Source of the DNA: Alphaproteobacteria bacterium
Lineage (GTDB): Bacteria; Pseudomonadota; Alphaproteobacteria; CALKHQ01
NCBI GenBank assembly: GCA_965227515.1
Contig: CBDDFZ010000001.1
Span: forward strand, 1,088,001 to 1,152,000
Direction: 5' to 3'
DNA: 64,000 nucleotides
Shown here in pieces: positions 42,113 to 53,002 of the stretch (position 1 is its first letter; each line of letters starts with the position of its first letter). The position numbers and the translations under genes are program-made. The notes under the pieces are model-generated. The model was not told where the DNA came from. It saw nothing but the letters and a program-made list of their open reading frames with translations, and ran no database searches.

Positions 42113-42168
42113 TAGAAGGCACTGTGCCAGACACGCATCGGGTGCGAAGGTTGTTGCAATTAGAGATT

Positions 42169-42344
42169 GTCGTCCTCGCCCTTGTGGCGAGGACCCATGG
42201 ACATGCAGTGCTCGTTACACGCCTGATGTAATGGGGCTTCGTTGCGTAAGGTGTGTCGACCGGCCGCCACGAACGCCGCACGTCACTATTAGTCCGTTGA
42301 AGATCTGGACAACAATGGATCCTCGGGACAAGCCCGAGGATGAC
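42169..42344. repeat. REP doublet with long spacer
   Basis: GTCGTCCTCGCCCTTGTGGCGAGGACCCAT ... ATGGATCCTCGGGACAAGCCCGAGGATGAC. Confidence 0.8.
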
Positions 42345-42459
42345 GATGGTGGGATGGTGGGAAGCGCGCCGCCAACAGCCTGAGGGGCGGTGAAGATGGT
42401 TGGTTGGCGTGGCGCCGGTTTGGAAGTCGGCCAAGCAACACCGCGCGTCGGGGCTGCCG

Positions 42460-43254
42460 CTACACTAGCGATATTATCCGGCTGGGGCCGCCGGTGGCGC
42501 CCACCACCTTGGGCACGCCGACCACAATGGTGGCGCCGACCGCGGGCACGTCGCCCAGATTGGCCAGGCCCTCCGCGACCCAGCGGCCGGCCGGCAGCCA
42601 CGCGCAATGCGCGGCGAAGTCGGTCGACGGGCCGTGGTCGAGCGACAAGGTGTCGATCCCGAGGCCGACCACGTCGCGCTCCTCCAGCAGCATCCGCACC
42701 GTCTCGACGTGAACACCGGGAAAATGCATGACGCCGGCATCGTCGGCGTTGCGGTACCCAGGACCGGGCACATGGCGGTCCCAGCCTGAATTGACCGCGA
42801 GGCAGCATCCGGCCGGCAGCGCGCCGTGGGTCGCTTCCCAGGCGCGGACATCGTCGGGGGTCAGCACCGTGTCGGGGTCGTCGTCGGCGCGCGCGCTGAT
42901 GTCGATGACGGCGAGCGGCGCCACCAGGTCGTCGACCGGGATCTCCTCGACGGTGCGGCCGTCGGCGGAGAAATGGATCGGCGCGTCGATGTGGGTGCCG
43001 ATGTGCTCATGGACATGCCAGCGCTTGAAGTTGATGCCGGTGGCGGCATGGGTCATGAAGTCTTCCAGCACCAGCCACTGGTCGCCGCTGGCGGTGGGGA
43101 AGGTCTCGGTCAGCGGATGGGTCAGGTCGAGCGCACGGCTGAAGCTGCGCTGGGCGGCCGTCGCCGCGGGTGCGGGCGAAGCCCCGCCGCGCGCGCCGTC
43201 GGCCGGGCCGAGCGCGGCCGCCACATGATCCATCACCCTTGGTGAGCACATCAC
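42460..43254 (-). CDS. Cyclase family metal-dependent hydrolase (kynurenine formamidase-like)
   Basis: DLTH, EHIGTHIDAPIHF, HFPG, GIDTLSLD, GATGGPSR. Confidence 0.92.
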   Translation of the reverse strand: MMCSPRVMDHVAAALGPADGARGGASPAPAATAAQRSFSRALDLTHPLTETFPTASGDQWLVLEDFMTHAATGINFKRWHVHEHIGTHIDAPIHFSADGRTVEEIPVDDLVAPLAVIDISARADDDPDTVLTPDDVRAWEATHGALPAGCCLAVNSGWDRHVPGPGYRNADDAGVMHFPGVHVETVRMLLEERDVVGLGIDTLSLDHGPSTDFAAHCAWLPAGRWVAEGLANLGDVPAVGATIVVGVPKVVGATGGPSRIISLV

Positions 43255-43322
43255 CGCCTCCTCGTTGCGTCTCCGGCGCCATCGACTGCTATAGTCGCAG
43301 CCCCTCTCTCCGCCCTAACGTA

Positions 43323-43434
43323 ATCAGCTTACGCTGCAATCGGCGCCAGCCCTCACCCCCACCCGGCCGCCCAACGACAGTATCCTGCTGGGTGGCCGGG
43401 TGGGGGAGAGGGCCGGTGCCGACTTGAATGATCA
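43323..43434. repeat. MITE-like palindromic repeat, copy 2 (eroded ends)
   Basis: ATCAGCTTACGCTG...CCCCCACCCGGCCGCCC-loop-GGGTGGCCGGGTGGGGGAGAGGGCCGGTGCCGACTTGAATGATCA. Confidence 0.85.
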
Positions 43435-43451
43435 AGATCAAGGAGCAGCAT

Positions 43452-44306
43452 ATGGCGAAAGACGGCCAGCTCGCCAATGTCGTGGATTTCTACGAGACCC
43501 ATCCGATCAGCGAGAAGCAGATCCTGGACAAGCTCGCGGCCGACGGCGTCGATACCGCCGGGCTCAGTGCCGGAGGCCTCAGCGAGGACACGCTGCAGAA
43601 CTACGACCAGGACCATTTCGGCGGGTTGCAGGCGAACGATGCGCTCGCCGCGCTCGCGGGCCTGGACGCCGACACCCACATGCTGGACGTGTGCTGCGGC
43701 CTGGGCGGCCCGGCGCGCTACTACGCCCACAATTTCGGCTGCCGGGTCACCGGCCTGGACCTGACCCAGCCTCGGCTCGAAGGCGCGCGGCGGTTGACCG
43801 AACTGACCGGCCAGTCGGACCGGATCGCCTTCCAGTACGGCAATGCGCTGGAGATGCCGTTCGATGACGCGAGCTTCGACGTCGTCATCAGCCAGGAGGC
43901 GTTCTGCCACATCCCGAGCAAGGACCGGCTGATTTCGGAATGCGTGCGCGTGCTCAAGCCCGGCGGGCGGATGGCGTTCAGCGACATCCTGGCGACGGAA
44001 GCCACAACCCGGGACACGCGCGAGCGCATGGCCAATGACATGAGCCAGTTCGAGCTGAGCACGGCCGCTGAATATATCGCCCGGTTCGAAGCCAATGGCT
44101 GCACGGTGGACTATGTCGACGACCTCGGCCCGCTGTGGCGCGAGATCCTGGTCGACCGGCTGGCGATGTATCGCGGGCTGAAGGGGCAGACGATCGAGCG
44201 CTTCGGCGTCGATCACTTCGAGAAATGGGACCGGGCGTACGCCTTCTTCGTCGCGCAGTTCGCCACCGGGGAATTGAGCGGCGGGCGTTTCCTGGCCAAA
44301 CGTTAG
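43452..44306 (+). CDS. Class I SAM methyltransferase (sarcosine/dimethylglycine N-methyltransferase-like)
   Basis: DQDHFGG, LDVCCGLGGPAR, MPFDDASFDVV, FCHI, RVLKPGG; RBS AAGGAG. Confidence 0.88.
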   Translation: MAKDGQLANVVDFYETHPISEKQILDKLAADGVDTAGLSAGGLSEDTLQNYDQDHFGGLQANDALAALAGLDADTHMLDVCCGLGGPARYYAHNFGCRVTGLDLTQPRLEGARRLTELTGQSDRIAFQYGNALEMPFDDASFDVVISQEAFCHIPSKDRLISECVRVLKPGGRMAFSDILATEATTRDTRERMANDMSQFELSTAAEYIARFEANGCTVDYVDDLGPLWREILVDRLAMYRGLKGQTIERFGVDHFEKWDRAYAFFVAQFATGELSGGRFLAKR

Positions 44307-44326
44307 GAGACGACCGTCGCGGCGTT

Positions 44327-44360
44327 GTCTCCCGCCCGCAGTTGCATGCAGGCGGGAGAC
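44327..44360. terminator. Hairpin between convergent genes
   Basis: GTCTCCCGCC/GGCGGGAGAC. Confidence 0.55.
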
Positions 44361-44415
44361 CGCTGAACCGTCATCGCAGCGCTAATCGCTCAGATGCGCT
44401 CGCCAGATGCTCTCA

Positions 44416-45177
44416 TCAGATGCTCTTGGCGTATGACTTGATCACGAAGTCGTCGCCCAGTCGGTTGACGTAGTTGGACACCCAGTAGAAGCCGCCCGGA
44501 TCGCCGAGCCAGCGCCGGAAATCGGCCGACCGTTCGAAGTAGAAGATGCCGTAGTTGGGGTCGAAGAAGACCGCGTCGGCGCCGACGAAGGCCGCGATCG
44601 CATGACCACCCGCCGGCCCGTGAATGCTGATGATCTTGTACGACCACCTGGTGGCCGAGTGATCGCCGACGACCGCGCTGCCGAGTTGCCTGCCGAACCA
44701 GGATTTCACGCGGATATTGGGGCGAAACGGACCCCGGTTCATCGATGTCGACAGATGCTGGGTCGCATCGTGCATCTTCTTTTGAGGGACGACGCCGTGC
44801 CGAGCCAAAAATTCCTCGGTGAACTGGTCCTTGGCCAACTCCCTGCCTTGGGGCGTCGTATTCCCCGGCAAGGCGCCAAGCGCGTCGGCGTAGTTGATCT
44901 GGTTGATAGCCAGGCCTACGCCCTCGAACAGGCCGCCACTGCGCGACCTCCCCGAACCCATGGTCCGCGCCACGTCGGAAAAGAGCCCAGGCTTGTCATT
45001 GGCGTGGTGCGCGACCCACCCCATGCAGAGCGACTTGCACACACCTCGTGCAGCCTGCGGTATCAGCGCCATGATGGCGCCGAGGCCTTCCCCCCAACTG
45101 CCCTGATCGAAGGGTTCCAGCAAATGGCCATTGAAAAGGCCGACTGAACCGCGCACATACGCTTTCTCGCCAAACAT
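44416..45177 (-). CDS. YopT/AvrPphB-type (peptidase C58) cysteine protease
   Basis: FDQ...GVCKSLCMGW (Cys), GGHAIAA (His), FFDPNYG (Asp); RBS AAGGAG. Confidence 0.8.
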   Translation of the reverse strand: MFGEKAYVRGSVGLFNGHLLEPFDQGSWGEGLGAIMALIPQAARGVCKSLCMGWVAHHANDKPGLFSDVARTMGSGRSRSGGLFEGVGLAINQINYADALGALPGNTTPQGRELAKDQFTEEFLARHGVVPQKKMHDATQHLSTSMNRGPFRPNIRVKSWFGRQLGSAVVGDHSATRWSYKIISIHGPAGGHAIAAFVGADAVFFDPNYGIFYFERSADFRRWLGDPGGFYWVSNYVNRLGDDFVIKSYAKSI

Positions 45178-45332
45178 GGACTGTCTCCTTCACCCCAGAG
45201 CGTGTTCGCCAAACCAGCGATGCTCCATCCGGTGCGTTGGCCCGGTGCGTTGGGCCGGTGAGCTGTTACGGTGAGACAACACGGCGGCCCGTGGGCTTAT
45301 TCCGGGCGTTGCGGTCGCCAGGACGGGCGGGC

Positions 45333-45348
45333 TGTGACGGGCGTCACA
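45333..45348. promoter_or_regulatory. Perfect CRP/FNR-family type site TGTGA-N6-TCACA
   Basis: TGTGACGGGCGTCACA about 155 bp upstream of the C58 protease start. Confidence 0.55.
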
Positions 45349-45515
45349 ACGGGCGGATTGAGAACAAGGGAAATCAAAGCGCGCTGCTTGGCGGCCAGCC
45401 TGTGCCGCGGGCAATCGAACCGCGCAATTTTGGTCATGGCCGACGGCGCATTGATACGACCAGAGCCCGATCGAGACCGGGGCGGTCGGTCACGGCCGGC
45501 GTGTCGGGTGCCGCC

Positions 45516-46187
45516 TCAGGACCGTTGCAGCAGTGTGGTCACGGTCTCGAACACCGCGTGGAACATCGGTTCGGTCAGCCGGCCGGTGTTGGTGTTGTAT
45601 CGGGAGCAGTGATAGCTGTCGATCAGGCGCAACCCGTTCGGCAGGTCGTGGACCGCGCCGTGGCCGAACTTGCAGTGCGACTTGCGCAGACCGGCGGCGG
45701 CCAGCACCGCGCCGTGGGCGCCGGTGCCGAGCGCCAGCACCGCCTCCAGGTTCGGCATCGCCGCCAATTCATCGGCCAGGAACGGGCGGCACTGCGCGAA
45801 CTCCGCGCCGACCGGCTTGTTTTCCGGCGGCACGCAGCGCACCGCGTTGGTCAGCCGGCAGCCGACCAGTTCCAGGCCGTCATCGGGCGACTTGGCGTAA
45901 GCGCCGCGCGCCAGCCCGAACTTGACCAGGGTCGCGTAGAGAAGGTCGCCGGCATAGTCGCCGGTGAACGGCCGGCCGGTCTGGTTCGCCCCGTGCAGGC
46001 CAGGCGCCAGTCCGACGATCAGGAGCCGGCCGGTGGTCGGGCCGAAGCTGGGTACCGGCGCATTGTGATAGCTGGCCGGCAGACGCGCGCGGTTGTCGGC
46101 GCGAAAGGCCGCCAGGCGCGGGCACAACGGGCAGTCGCGCCCGGGCTGCTGCGGCCCGGAGGCATGCATTCCGGACATGGCTGACAA
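45516..46187 (-). CDS. Uracil-DNA glycosylase (family 5, UdgB-like)
   Basis: CPLCPRL, GLAPGLHGANQTGRPFTGD, VRCVPPENKP, SYHCSRYNT. Confidence 0.93.
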   Translation of the reverse strand: MSAMSGMHASGPQQPGRDCPLCPRLAAFRADNRARLPASYHNAPVPSFGPTTGRLLIVGLAPGLHGANQTGRPFTGDYAGDLLYATLVKFGLARGAYAKSPDDGLELVGCRLTNAVRCVPPENKPVGAEFAQCRPFLADELAAMPNLEAVLALGTGAHGAVLAAAGLRKSHCKFGHGAVHDLPNGLRLIDSYHCSRYNTNTGRLTEPMFHAVFETVTTLLQRS

Positions 46188-46222
46188 TATATTTTATCTA
46201 GGCCCGTGGGGCAGCGCGAGGA

Positions 46223-46870
46223 TCAATCCTCGTCGTCGTATTCCTCGCCGTCCTCGTCGTCGTAGAACTCTTCTTCCTCGCCTTGCGGCTCGTCATCGCG
46301 GCCGCCACCGCCATGGTCGCGCTTGATCAGCGGCGCAAGCTGTTCCAGTTCGACGAAGTTGTCGGCCTGCCGGCGCAATTCGTCGGCCACCATCGGCGGC
46401 TGGGTGCGCACGGTGGACACGATCGACACCCGCACGCCCTTGCGCTGCACCGCCTCGACCAGCCGGCGGAAGTCGCCGTCGCCGGAACAGATCAGGATGT
46501 GGTCGACCTTCTCGGCCATTTCCATGACATCGATGGCCAGCTCGATGTCCATGTTGCCTTTGATCTTGCGCCGACCCATGGAGTCCGTGAACTCCTTCGT
46601 CGGCTTGGTGACCATCGTGTAACCGTTATAGTCGAGCCAATCCACCAGCGGCCTAATTGGCGAGTAATCCTGATCTTCAACCAGCGCGGTATAATAAAAT
46701 GCTCGAACCAGCCAGGTGCGTGTCTTGAAGAGTTCGAGCAACCGACGGTAGTCGATGTCGAAACCCAACGAGCGTGCGGCGGCATAAAGATTTGAGCCGT
46801 CAATGAACAGGGCAACGCGTTCCTGTTCGTAGAACTTCACGCCCGGAATCTGGTTTGTCATAGGCTGCAA
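46223..46870 (-). CDS. NYN domain (LabA/DUF88) protein
   Basis: FIDGSNL, KGNMDIELAID, SGDGDF, ELRRQAD. Confidence 0.94.
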   Translation of the reverse strand: MQPMTNQIPGVKFYEQERVALFIDGSNLYAAARSLGFDIDYRRLLELFKTRTWLVRAFYYTALVEDQDYSPIRPLVDWLDYNGYTMVTKPTKEFTDSMGRRKIKGNMDIELAIDVMEMAEKVDHILICSGDGDFRRLVEAVQRKGVRVSIVSTVRTQPPMVADELRRQADNFVELEQLAPLIKRDHGGGGRDDEPQGEEEEFYDDEDGEEYDDED

Positions 46871-47115
46871 TTCTCACATTTTCGTGGTTGGGTGGACACT
46901 GCATCGGGCTTTTTGCCTGGATGGGATGTCACGGTCCATCAATAGGATATCCGACCTATAGCCGAGCGGGTCGCCAAGCGCAAATATCACGCCTGCGACA
47001 ATCAGGCGTCGCCAACATATACGGGCTGGCGGCGCACAGGGATCAGTCGTTATTGAATTTGCATGTTATGGTCCCTATAACTCAGGGTTTGACAACAATC
47101 CAGTGAGGGTGCCGC

Positions 47116-47490
47116 ATGGCGCGTGTCACAGTAGAGGATTGCGTAGAACGCGTCCCTAACCGTTTCGAATTGGTGAAGCTGGCCTCGCAGCGTGCGCGCG
47201 AGATCTCCGCCGGAGCGACGTTGCTGCTGGAGCGCGACGACGACAAGAACCCGGTGGTGGCGCTGCGCGAGATCGCCGAGGTCGACGGCGAGCCGTCGCG
47301 GCTGCGCGAAGCGCTGGTGCAGAGCCTGCAGCGGCAGGTGGATGTGGACGAGCCCGAGGACGACGACCTGGCGCTGCTGCCGGCCCATCAGCCGGTGCCG
47401 GATATCGACGAGCCGCAGCCGGATGTGGGCGACGCCCAGATGCCGCAGTTCCAGGATGCAGAAGAGGCGGTCGACGAAGACAACGCTTAA
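47116..47490 (+). CDS. rpoZ: RNA polymerase omega subunit
   Basis: [26 protein letters not shown]. Confidence 0.97.
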   Translation: MARVTVEDCVERVPNRFELVKLASQRAREISAGATLLLERDDDKNPVVALREIAEVDGEPSRLREALVQSLQRQVDVDEPEDDDLALLPAHQPVPDIDEPQPDVGDAQMPQFQDAEEAVDEDNA

Positions 47491-47733
47491 AGTCTCGGTC
47501 TCACCGTGGGGCGGGCCCGGCCACGGCCGGGCATCGCCACTGGTGTTGAAGCTGTTGCGCGGCCCCTGCGCCAGCCGGGGCGGTATAGTACCCGCAGCGC
47601 CGCCCATGCGCCCGACTTGCCAGGCAGCCGGTCGCGGCACGCGTCGGCCGCCGCCGCGCGGCGCTGATATCCCGATACGATCTGTCGTTTCGCCCCTCGG
47701 CCCGCGCGTTGGCCGAACGCGGGGGCGCGCCGC

Positions 47734-49890
47734 ATGATCCGGCAATACGAACTGGTGGACCGGGTGCGCGCGTACGATCCGGCGGCGGACGAGGCGGCGC
47801 TGAACCGCGCCTATGTCTTTGCCATGCAGGCCCATGGCTCCCAGGTCCGCGCCAGCGGCGACCCGTATTTCTCCCACCCGCTGGAAGTGGCGGGCATCCT
47901 GACCGACCTGAAGCTCGACAGCGCCTCCATCGTCACCGCCTTGCTGCACGATGTGGTGGAGGACACCGAGTACTCGTTGGACCAGGTCGAGGAGCGGTTC
48001 GGCGGCGAGATCGGGCGCCTGGTCGACGGCGTCACCAAGCTGTCGCGGATCGAGCTGCAGTCGGACCAGACCAAGCAGGCGGAGAACTTCCGCAAGCTGG
48101 TGCTGGCGATGTCGGAAGACATCCGCGTGTTGCTGGTCAAGCTGGCCGACCGGCTGCACAACATGCGCACCCTCCACTTCATCAAGTCGGAGGACAAGCG
48201 CCGCCGCATCGCGCGCGAGACCATGGACATCTATGTCCCGCTGGCCGAGCGCATTGGTCTCAACGATATCAAGGCCGAGATGGAGGACCTGGCGTTCGTG
48301 GAGCTGAACCCGGACGCGCGCGAATCCATTGTCACCCGGCTGGAGTTCCTGCACCGCAACGGCAACGACATGATCGACCGCGTCATCGGCGCGCTGGGCG
48401 ATCTGTTGGCCGAGGCCGATATCGACGCCGAGGTGTCGGGGCGCGAGAAATCGCCCTACTCGATCTGGCGCAAGATGCAGCACAAGAACGTCGGTTTCGA
48501 GCAGCTGGCCGACATCATGGCGTTCCGGGTGGTCACGTCCAATCTGGGCGACTGCTACCAGGCCCTGGGCGTGATCCACAGCAAGTACCGGGTCGTGCCG
48601 GGCCGCTTCAAGGACTACATCTCCACGCCGAAACCCAACGGCTACCGCTCGATCCACACCGGCGTGATCGGCCCGTTCCAGCAGCGCATCGAGCTGCAGA
48701 TCCGGACCGCCGAAATGCACGCCGTCGCAGAGCGGGGCGTGGCCGCGCACTGGCAGTACAAGCAGAGCGACGTCAAGACCGATGGCAAGCGCTATCGCTG
48801 GCTGCGCGACTTTCTGGAGATCCTGGAGCAGGCCGCCAACCCGGAGGATTTCCTCGAACACACCAAGATGGAGATGTTCACCGACCAGGTGTTCTGCTTC
48901 ACGCCGAAGGGCGACCTGATCGACCTGCCGCGCGGCGCCACGCCGGTGGACTTCGCCTATGCCGTCCACTCCGAGGTCGGCGACCATTGCACCGGCGCCA
49001 AGATCAACGGCCGTATCGTGCCGCTGCGCACGGTGCTGTCGAACGGCGACCAGGTCGAGGTGACGACCAGCCCGTCGCAGATGCCGTCGCCCACCTGGGA
49101 GCGGTTCGTCGTCACCGGCAAGGCGCGGGCCCGCATCCGCCGCTTCGTCCGCCAGCAGCGGCGCAACGAGTACATGGACCTGGGCAAGGCGATCCTGGTC
49201 AAGACCTTCCGCCAGGAGGGCCAGACCCTTGGCGAGAGCGCGCTGGAGCAGGTGCTCGGGCGGTTCCGCGTGTCCCACGTCGAGGACCTCTACGCCGCCG
49301 TCGGCGAGGGGCTGCAGTCGGCGGTGGAAGTGCTGCACGCCGTGTTCCCGCAGACGGTGCCGACCCGCAAGGTGAACGGCACCGCCACGCCGGCGGCTGA
49401 CCTGGAGCGCGAGCGCCCGCGCGAGAAGGCGACGACCACCAACGGCATTCCCATCGCCGGCCTCATCCCCGGCATGGCGTTGCATTTCGCGCGCTGCTGC
49501 CATCCGCTGCCGGGCGACCGCATCGTGGGCATCGTCACCACCGGCAAGGGCGTGACCATCCACACCGACGACTGCCCGACGCTGGACGGCATGCGCGATA
49601 CGCCGGAACGCTGGCTGGACGTCGACTGGACCGACGAGAGCGTGGGCACGGTGCCGTTCGTCGGCCGCATCCAGGTCACCGTCGACAACACCCCGGGCAG
49701 CCTGGGCACGCTGTCGAACATCATTGCCAAGAACGGCGGCAACATCTCCAATCTGAAGATCACCAACCGATCGACCGACTTCTTCGACATGCTGGTCGAC
49801 ATCGAGGTGCAGAACGCCGACCACCTGCAGGACCTGATCGCCGGGTTGCGCACCAACAAGGTGATCAACTCGGTCGACCGCGCGCGCTGA
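47734..49890 (+). CDS. spoT: Bifunctional (p)ppGpp synthetase/hydrolase Rel/SpoT
   Basis: [10 protein letters not shown] domain, [18 protein letters not shown] (FTPKG, DFAYAVH), ARCCHP, ACT. Confidence 0.97.
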   Translation: MIRQYELVDRVRAYDPAADEAALNRAYVFAMQAHGSQVRASGDPYFSHPLEVAGILTDLKLDSASIVTALLHDVVEDTEYSLDQVEERFGGEIGRLVDGVTKLSRIELQSDQTKQAENFRKLVLAMSEDIRVLLVKLADRLHNMRTLHFIKSEDKRRRIARETMDIYVPLAERIGLNDIKAEMEDLAFVELNPDARESIVTRLEFLHRNGNDMIDRVIGALGDLLAEADIDAEVSGREKSPYSIWRKMQHKNVGFEQLADIMAFRVVTSNLGDCYQALGVIHSKYRVVPGRFKDYISTPKPNGYRSIHTGVIGPFQQRIELQIRTAEMHAVAERGVAAHWQYKQSDVKTDGKRYRWLRDFLEILEQAANPEDFLEHTKMEMFTDQVFCFTPKGDLIDLPRGATPVDFAYAVHSEVGDHCTGAKINGRIVPLRTVLSNGDQVEVTTSPSQMPSPTWERFVVTGKARARIRRFVRQQRRNEYMDLGKAILVKTFRQEGQTLGESALEQVLGRFRVSHVEDLYAAVGEGLQSAVEVLHAVFPQTVPTRKVNGTATPAADLERERPREKATTTNGIPIAGLIPGMALHFARCCHPLPGDRIVGIVTTGKGVTIHTDDCPTLDGMRDTPERWLDVDWTDESVGTVPFVGRIQVTVDNTPGSLGTLSNIIAKNGGNISNLKITNRSTDFFDMLVDIEVQNADHLQDLIAGLRTNKVINSVDRAR

Positions 49891-49912
49891 CCCTTCGGGC
49901 GACTTTGACACC

Positions 49913-50323
49913 ATGATCATCGGCATCGGCATCGACATCATCGACATTCGCCGCGTGGAGCGCACGCTGGAGCGGTTCGGCACCCGGTTCACCGAGCGCT
50001 GCTACACCGAGATCGAGCGCGCGAAGTCCGACCGCCGCATGCGCCGGGCCGACAGCTATGCCAAGCGCTATGCTGCCAAGGAAGCCTGTGCCAAGGCGCT
50101 GGGCACGGGATTGCGGCGCGGCGTCTATTGGCGCGACATGGGGGTGGTCAACCTGCCTACCGGCAAGCCGACCTTGGCGCTGACCGGTGGGGCGGCCGAC
50201 CGGCTGGGCGAGATCACGCCGGACGGTATGGTGCCGTCCATCGAGCTCACCATCACCGACGAATACCCCCTTGCGCAGGCAATGGTGATCATCTCCGCGG
50301 CACCTGGGGTCTCGCAGCCCTGA
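49913..50323 (+). CDS. acpS: Holo-ACP synthase
   Basis: [22 protein letters not shown]. Confidence 0.96.
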   Translation: MIIGIGIDIIDIRRVERTLERFGTRFTERCYTEIERAKSDRRMRRADSYAKRYAAKEACAKALGTGLRRGVYWRDMGVVNLPTGKPTLALTGGAADRLGEITPDGMVPSIELTITDEYPLAQAMVIISAAPGVSQP

Positions 50324-50527
50324 ATCGCCGTGCTCGCGGACCCGTGGATTGACAATCCGGTTGCACACGCCACCTTGCGTCTATATGTCCTGGCAGGCGG
50401 TTCACCTGCGTGTCCGGCAGCAGCGCGCACGCGTGCCAAGCACCCCGTGCCCGGAGAAACTGCCCAATGCATGCGACATGGAACAGGTGTCGGCTGGACC
50501 CGGGCCTACGGACAGGGCCCGTTAGCT

Positions 50528-51301
50528 TTGGAGCTTCCGATTAGTTCGACAACCAAGAGCAGCGGCAAGGTCAAGCGGCGGTCGGGCTTCGGCGAGACCA
50601 TCCGCACCGTGATCTATGCGGTGCTGATCGCCATGATCGTGCGGACGGTGGCGTTCGAGCCCTTCAACATCCCGACCGGATCGATGATCCCGACGCTGAT
50701 GGTGGGCGACTACCTGTTCGTCTCCAAGTACACCTATGGCTACAGCCGCCACTCGCTGCCGTGGTCGGCGCCGCTGATTCCGGACCGCATTTTCGCCAGC
50801 GACCCTGAGCGCGGCGATATCGCGGTGTTCAAGCTGCCGGCGGACACCTCGCGCGACTACATCAAGCGGATCATCGGCCTGCCGGGTGACACCATCCAGG
50901 TGACCGGCGGCATCCTACACATCAACGGCGAGCCCGTGGAGCGCGAGTTGGTGGGGCCGACCACCTATATCGACCGCCTCGGCCACCCGGTGGACGTGCT
51001 GGAGTATGTGGAGACCCTGCCGAACGGCGTGGAGCACGTGATCTTCGAGGTCAACGACAACTCCGGCTACGACAACACCCGCGCGTTCGTGGTGCCGGAG
51101 GGGCATTTCTTCGCCATGGGCGACAACCGCGACAAGTCGAAGGACAGCCGCGACTCCGGTGTCGGCTTCGTGCCGATGGAGAACCTGGTCGGCCGGGCCG
51201 AGATCATCTTCTTCTCCACCGACGGCACGGCCAGCCTTTGGGAATTCTGGAAATGGCCGTCCGCCACGCGCTGGGGCCGGATCTTCAACTCCATCGACTG
51301 A
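50528..51301 (+). CDS. lepB: Signal peptidase I
   Basis: IPTGSMIPTL, YIKRIIGLPGD, GDNRDKSKDSR; start uncertain. Confidence 0.95.
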   Translation: MELPISSTTKSSGKVKRRSGFGETIRTVIYAVLIAMIVRTVAFEPFNIPTGSMIPTLMVGDYLFVSKYTYGYSRHSLPWSAPLIPDRIFASDPERGDIAVFKLPADTSRDYIKRIIGLPGDTIQVTGGILHINGEPVERELVGPTTYIDRLGHPVDVLEYVETLPNGVEHVIFEVNDNSGYDNTRAFVVPEGHFFAMGDNRDKSKDSRDSGVGFVPMENLVGRAEIIFFSTDGTASLWEFWKWPSATRWGRIFNSID

Positions 51302-51340
51302 TGGTGTGCCCGGCGGCCGGATCCGCACCTGCATTCCGAC

Positions 51341-52078
51341 ATGGCTGAGATGGCAGGCGCATCGCGCGACGACCTTGCACACAGCCTCGGCCACACGTTC
51401 GAGCGGCCGCAATTGCTGCGTGCTGCGCTGACCCACAACAGCGCGCGGCGCGATGGCGGCGTCGCCTCCGAATACCAGCGGCTCGAGTTCCTCGGCGACC
51501 GTGTGCTCGGCCTCGTCGTTGCCGAGTTGCTGTATCTGACCTTTCCGGGTGACGACGAGGGCAACCTCGCCGCCCGCCATGCCACCCTGGTGCGGCGCGA
51601 GGCGCTGGCCAAGGTGGCCCGTGCCATCGACCTGGGCCGTCATATCGTGGTCGCGCCCGGCGAGGCGGAGGCCAATTTGCGCAAGAACCCCGGCGTCTTG
51701 GCCGACACCTGCGAGGCTGTAATCGCCGCGATCTATCTCGACGGCGGTCTCGATGCCGCCCGCCGGTTCGTCGAGGCGAGGTGGCAGCCGTTGATGGACG
51801 CGGCGCCGGCGCCGCAGCGCGATCCCAAGACGGCGCTACAGGAATGGGCCCAGGCCCGCGGCCTGCCGCTGCCCGTCTATGCGGAGGTCGCACGCTCCGG
51901 TCCCGACCATGCGCCGGTGTTCGTGATGACCGCGACAGTGGAGGGGATCGCGCCGGCCGAGGCGGAAGGCACCTCGAAACGGTTGGCCGAGCAACGCGCG
52001 GCGGAGCGGTTGCTGGAAACGGTATCCGGAAATGCCGAAGCAGGCGCGGCCCGGCAGGCCGGGGGCGGTACGGGGTGA
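51341..52078 (+). CDS. rnc: Ribonuclease III
   Basis: ALTH, QRLEFLGDRVL, dsRBD DPKTALQEWAQ. Confidence 0.97.
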   Translation: MAEMAGASRDDLAHSLGHTFERPQLLRAALTHNSARRDGGVASEYQRLEFLGDRVLGLVVAELLYLTFPGDDEGNLAARHATLVRREALAKVARAIDLGRHIVVAPGEAEANLRKNPGVLADTCEAVIAAIYLDGGLDAARRFVEARWQPLMDAAPAPQRDPKTALQEWAQARGLPLPVYAEVARSGPDHAPVFVMTATVEGIAPAEAEGTSKRLAEQRAAERLLETVSGNAEAGAARQAGGGTG

Positions 52079-52980
52079 GCGAGACGCCTGAAACCAAGTG
52101 CGGCTTCGTCGCCCTGATCGGCGCGCCGAACGCCGGCAAGTCGACCCTGCTCAACCGCATGGTTGGCACCAAGGTCTCCATCGTCACGCCGAAGGTGCAG
52201 ACCACGCGCGCGCAGGTGCGCGGCATCCTGGTCGCCGGCCAGACCCAGCTCGTGTTCATCGACACGCCGGGCATCTTCGCACCGAAGCGCCGCCTGGAAC
52301 GCGCGATGGTGGCGGCCGCCTGGTCGGGCGTGTCCGATGCCGACCAGGTCGCCCTGCTGGTCGACGCACGCCGCGGCTTGAAGGGCGGCACGGCGGAGAT
52401 CGTCGCCCGGCTGGCCGAGACCCGCGACGACGCCATCCTAATCCTCAACAAGATCGACTTGGTGGCGCGGCCCAGCCTGCTCGGACTGGCGGCGAAGCTG
52501 AACGAGGTCGGCCGCTTCGCCGAGACCTTCATGATCTCGGCCGAGAAGGGCGACGGGGTGGACGACCTGGTGCGCCATCTGGCCGACGCCGCGGCACCCG
52601 GGCCGTGGCACTACCCGGAGGACCAGCTCTCCGACTTCTCCGACCGGCTTATGGCGGCAGAGATCACCCGCGAGAAGCTGTTCCTGGCCCTGCGCGAGGA
52701 GTTGCCCTACGCCCTGACCGTGGAGACCGAGGGCTGGACGGCGTTCGAAGACGGCAGCGTGCGCATCGACCAGACCATCTATGTCGGCCGCGACAACCAC
52801 AAGGGCATCGTGCTCGGCAAGGGCGGCCAGGAGATCCGCGCTGTCCGCGAGGCGGCGCAGAAGGAGATCGCGGAGATCCTGGACCAGCCGGTCCACCTGT
52901 TCGTGTTCGTCAAGGTGCGCGAGGGCTGGATCGACGACCCGGAACGCTACAGCCCCTGGGGCCTCGACTTCGACGCGTAG
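52075..52980 (+). CDS. era: GTPase Era
   Basis: GAPNAGKSTL, QTTR, DTPG, NKID, ELPY, KH domain; GTG overlaps rnc stop. Confidence 0.97.
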   Translation: MSETPETKCGFVALIGAPNAGKSTLLNRMVGTKVSIVTPKVQTTRAQVRGILVAGQTQLVFIDTPGIFAPKRRLERAMVAAAWSGVSDADQVALLVDARRGLKGGTAEIVARLAETRDDAILILNKIDLVARPSLLGLAAKLNEVGRFAETFMISAEKGDGVDDLVRHLADAAAPGPWHYPEDQLSDFSDRLMAAEITREKLFLALREELPYALTVETEGWTAFEDGSVRIDQTIYVGRDNHKGIVLGKGGQEIRAVREAAQKEIAEILDQPVHLFVFVKVREGWIDDPERYSPWGLDFDA

Positions 52981-53002
52981 GTATGGGTGAGCTTGCGCTG
53001 AC

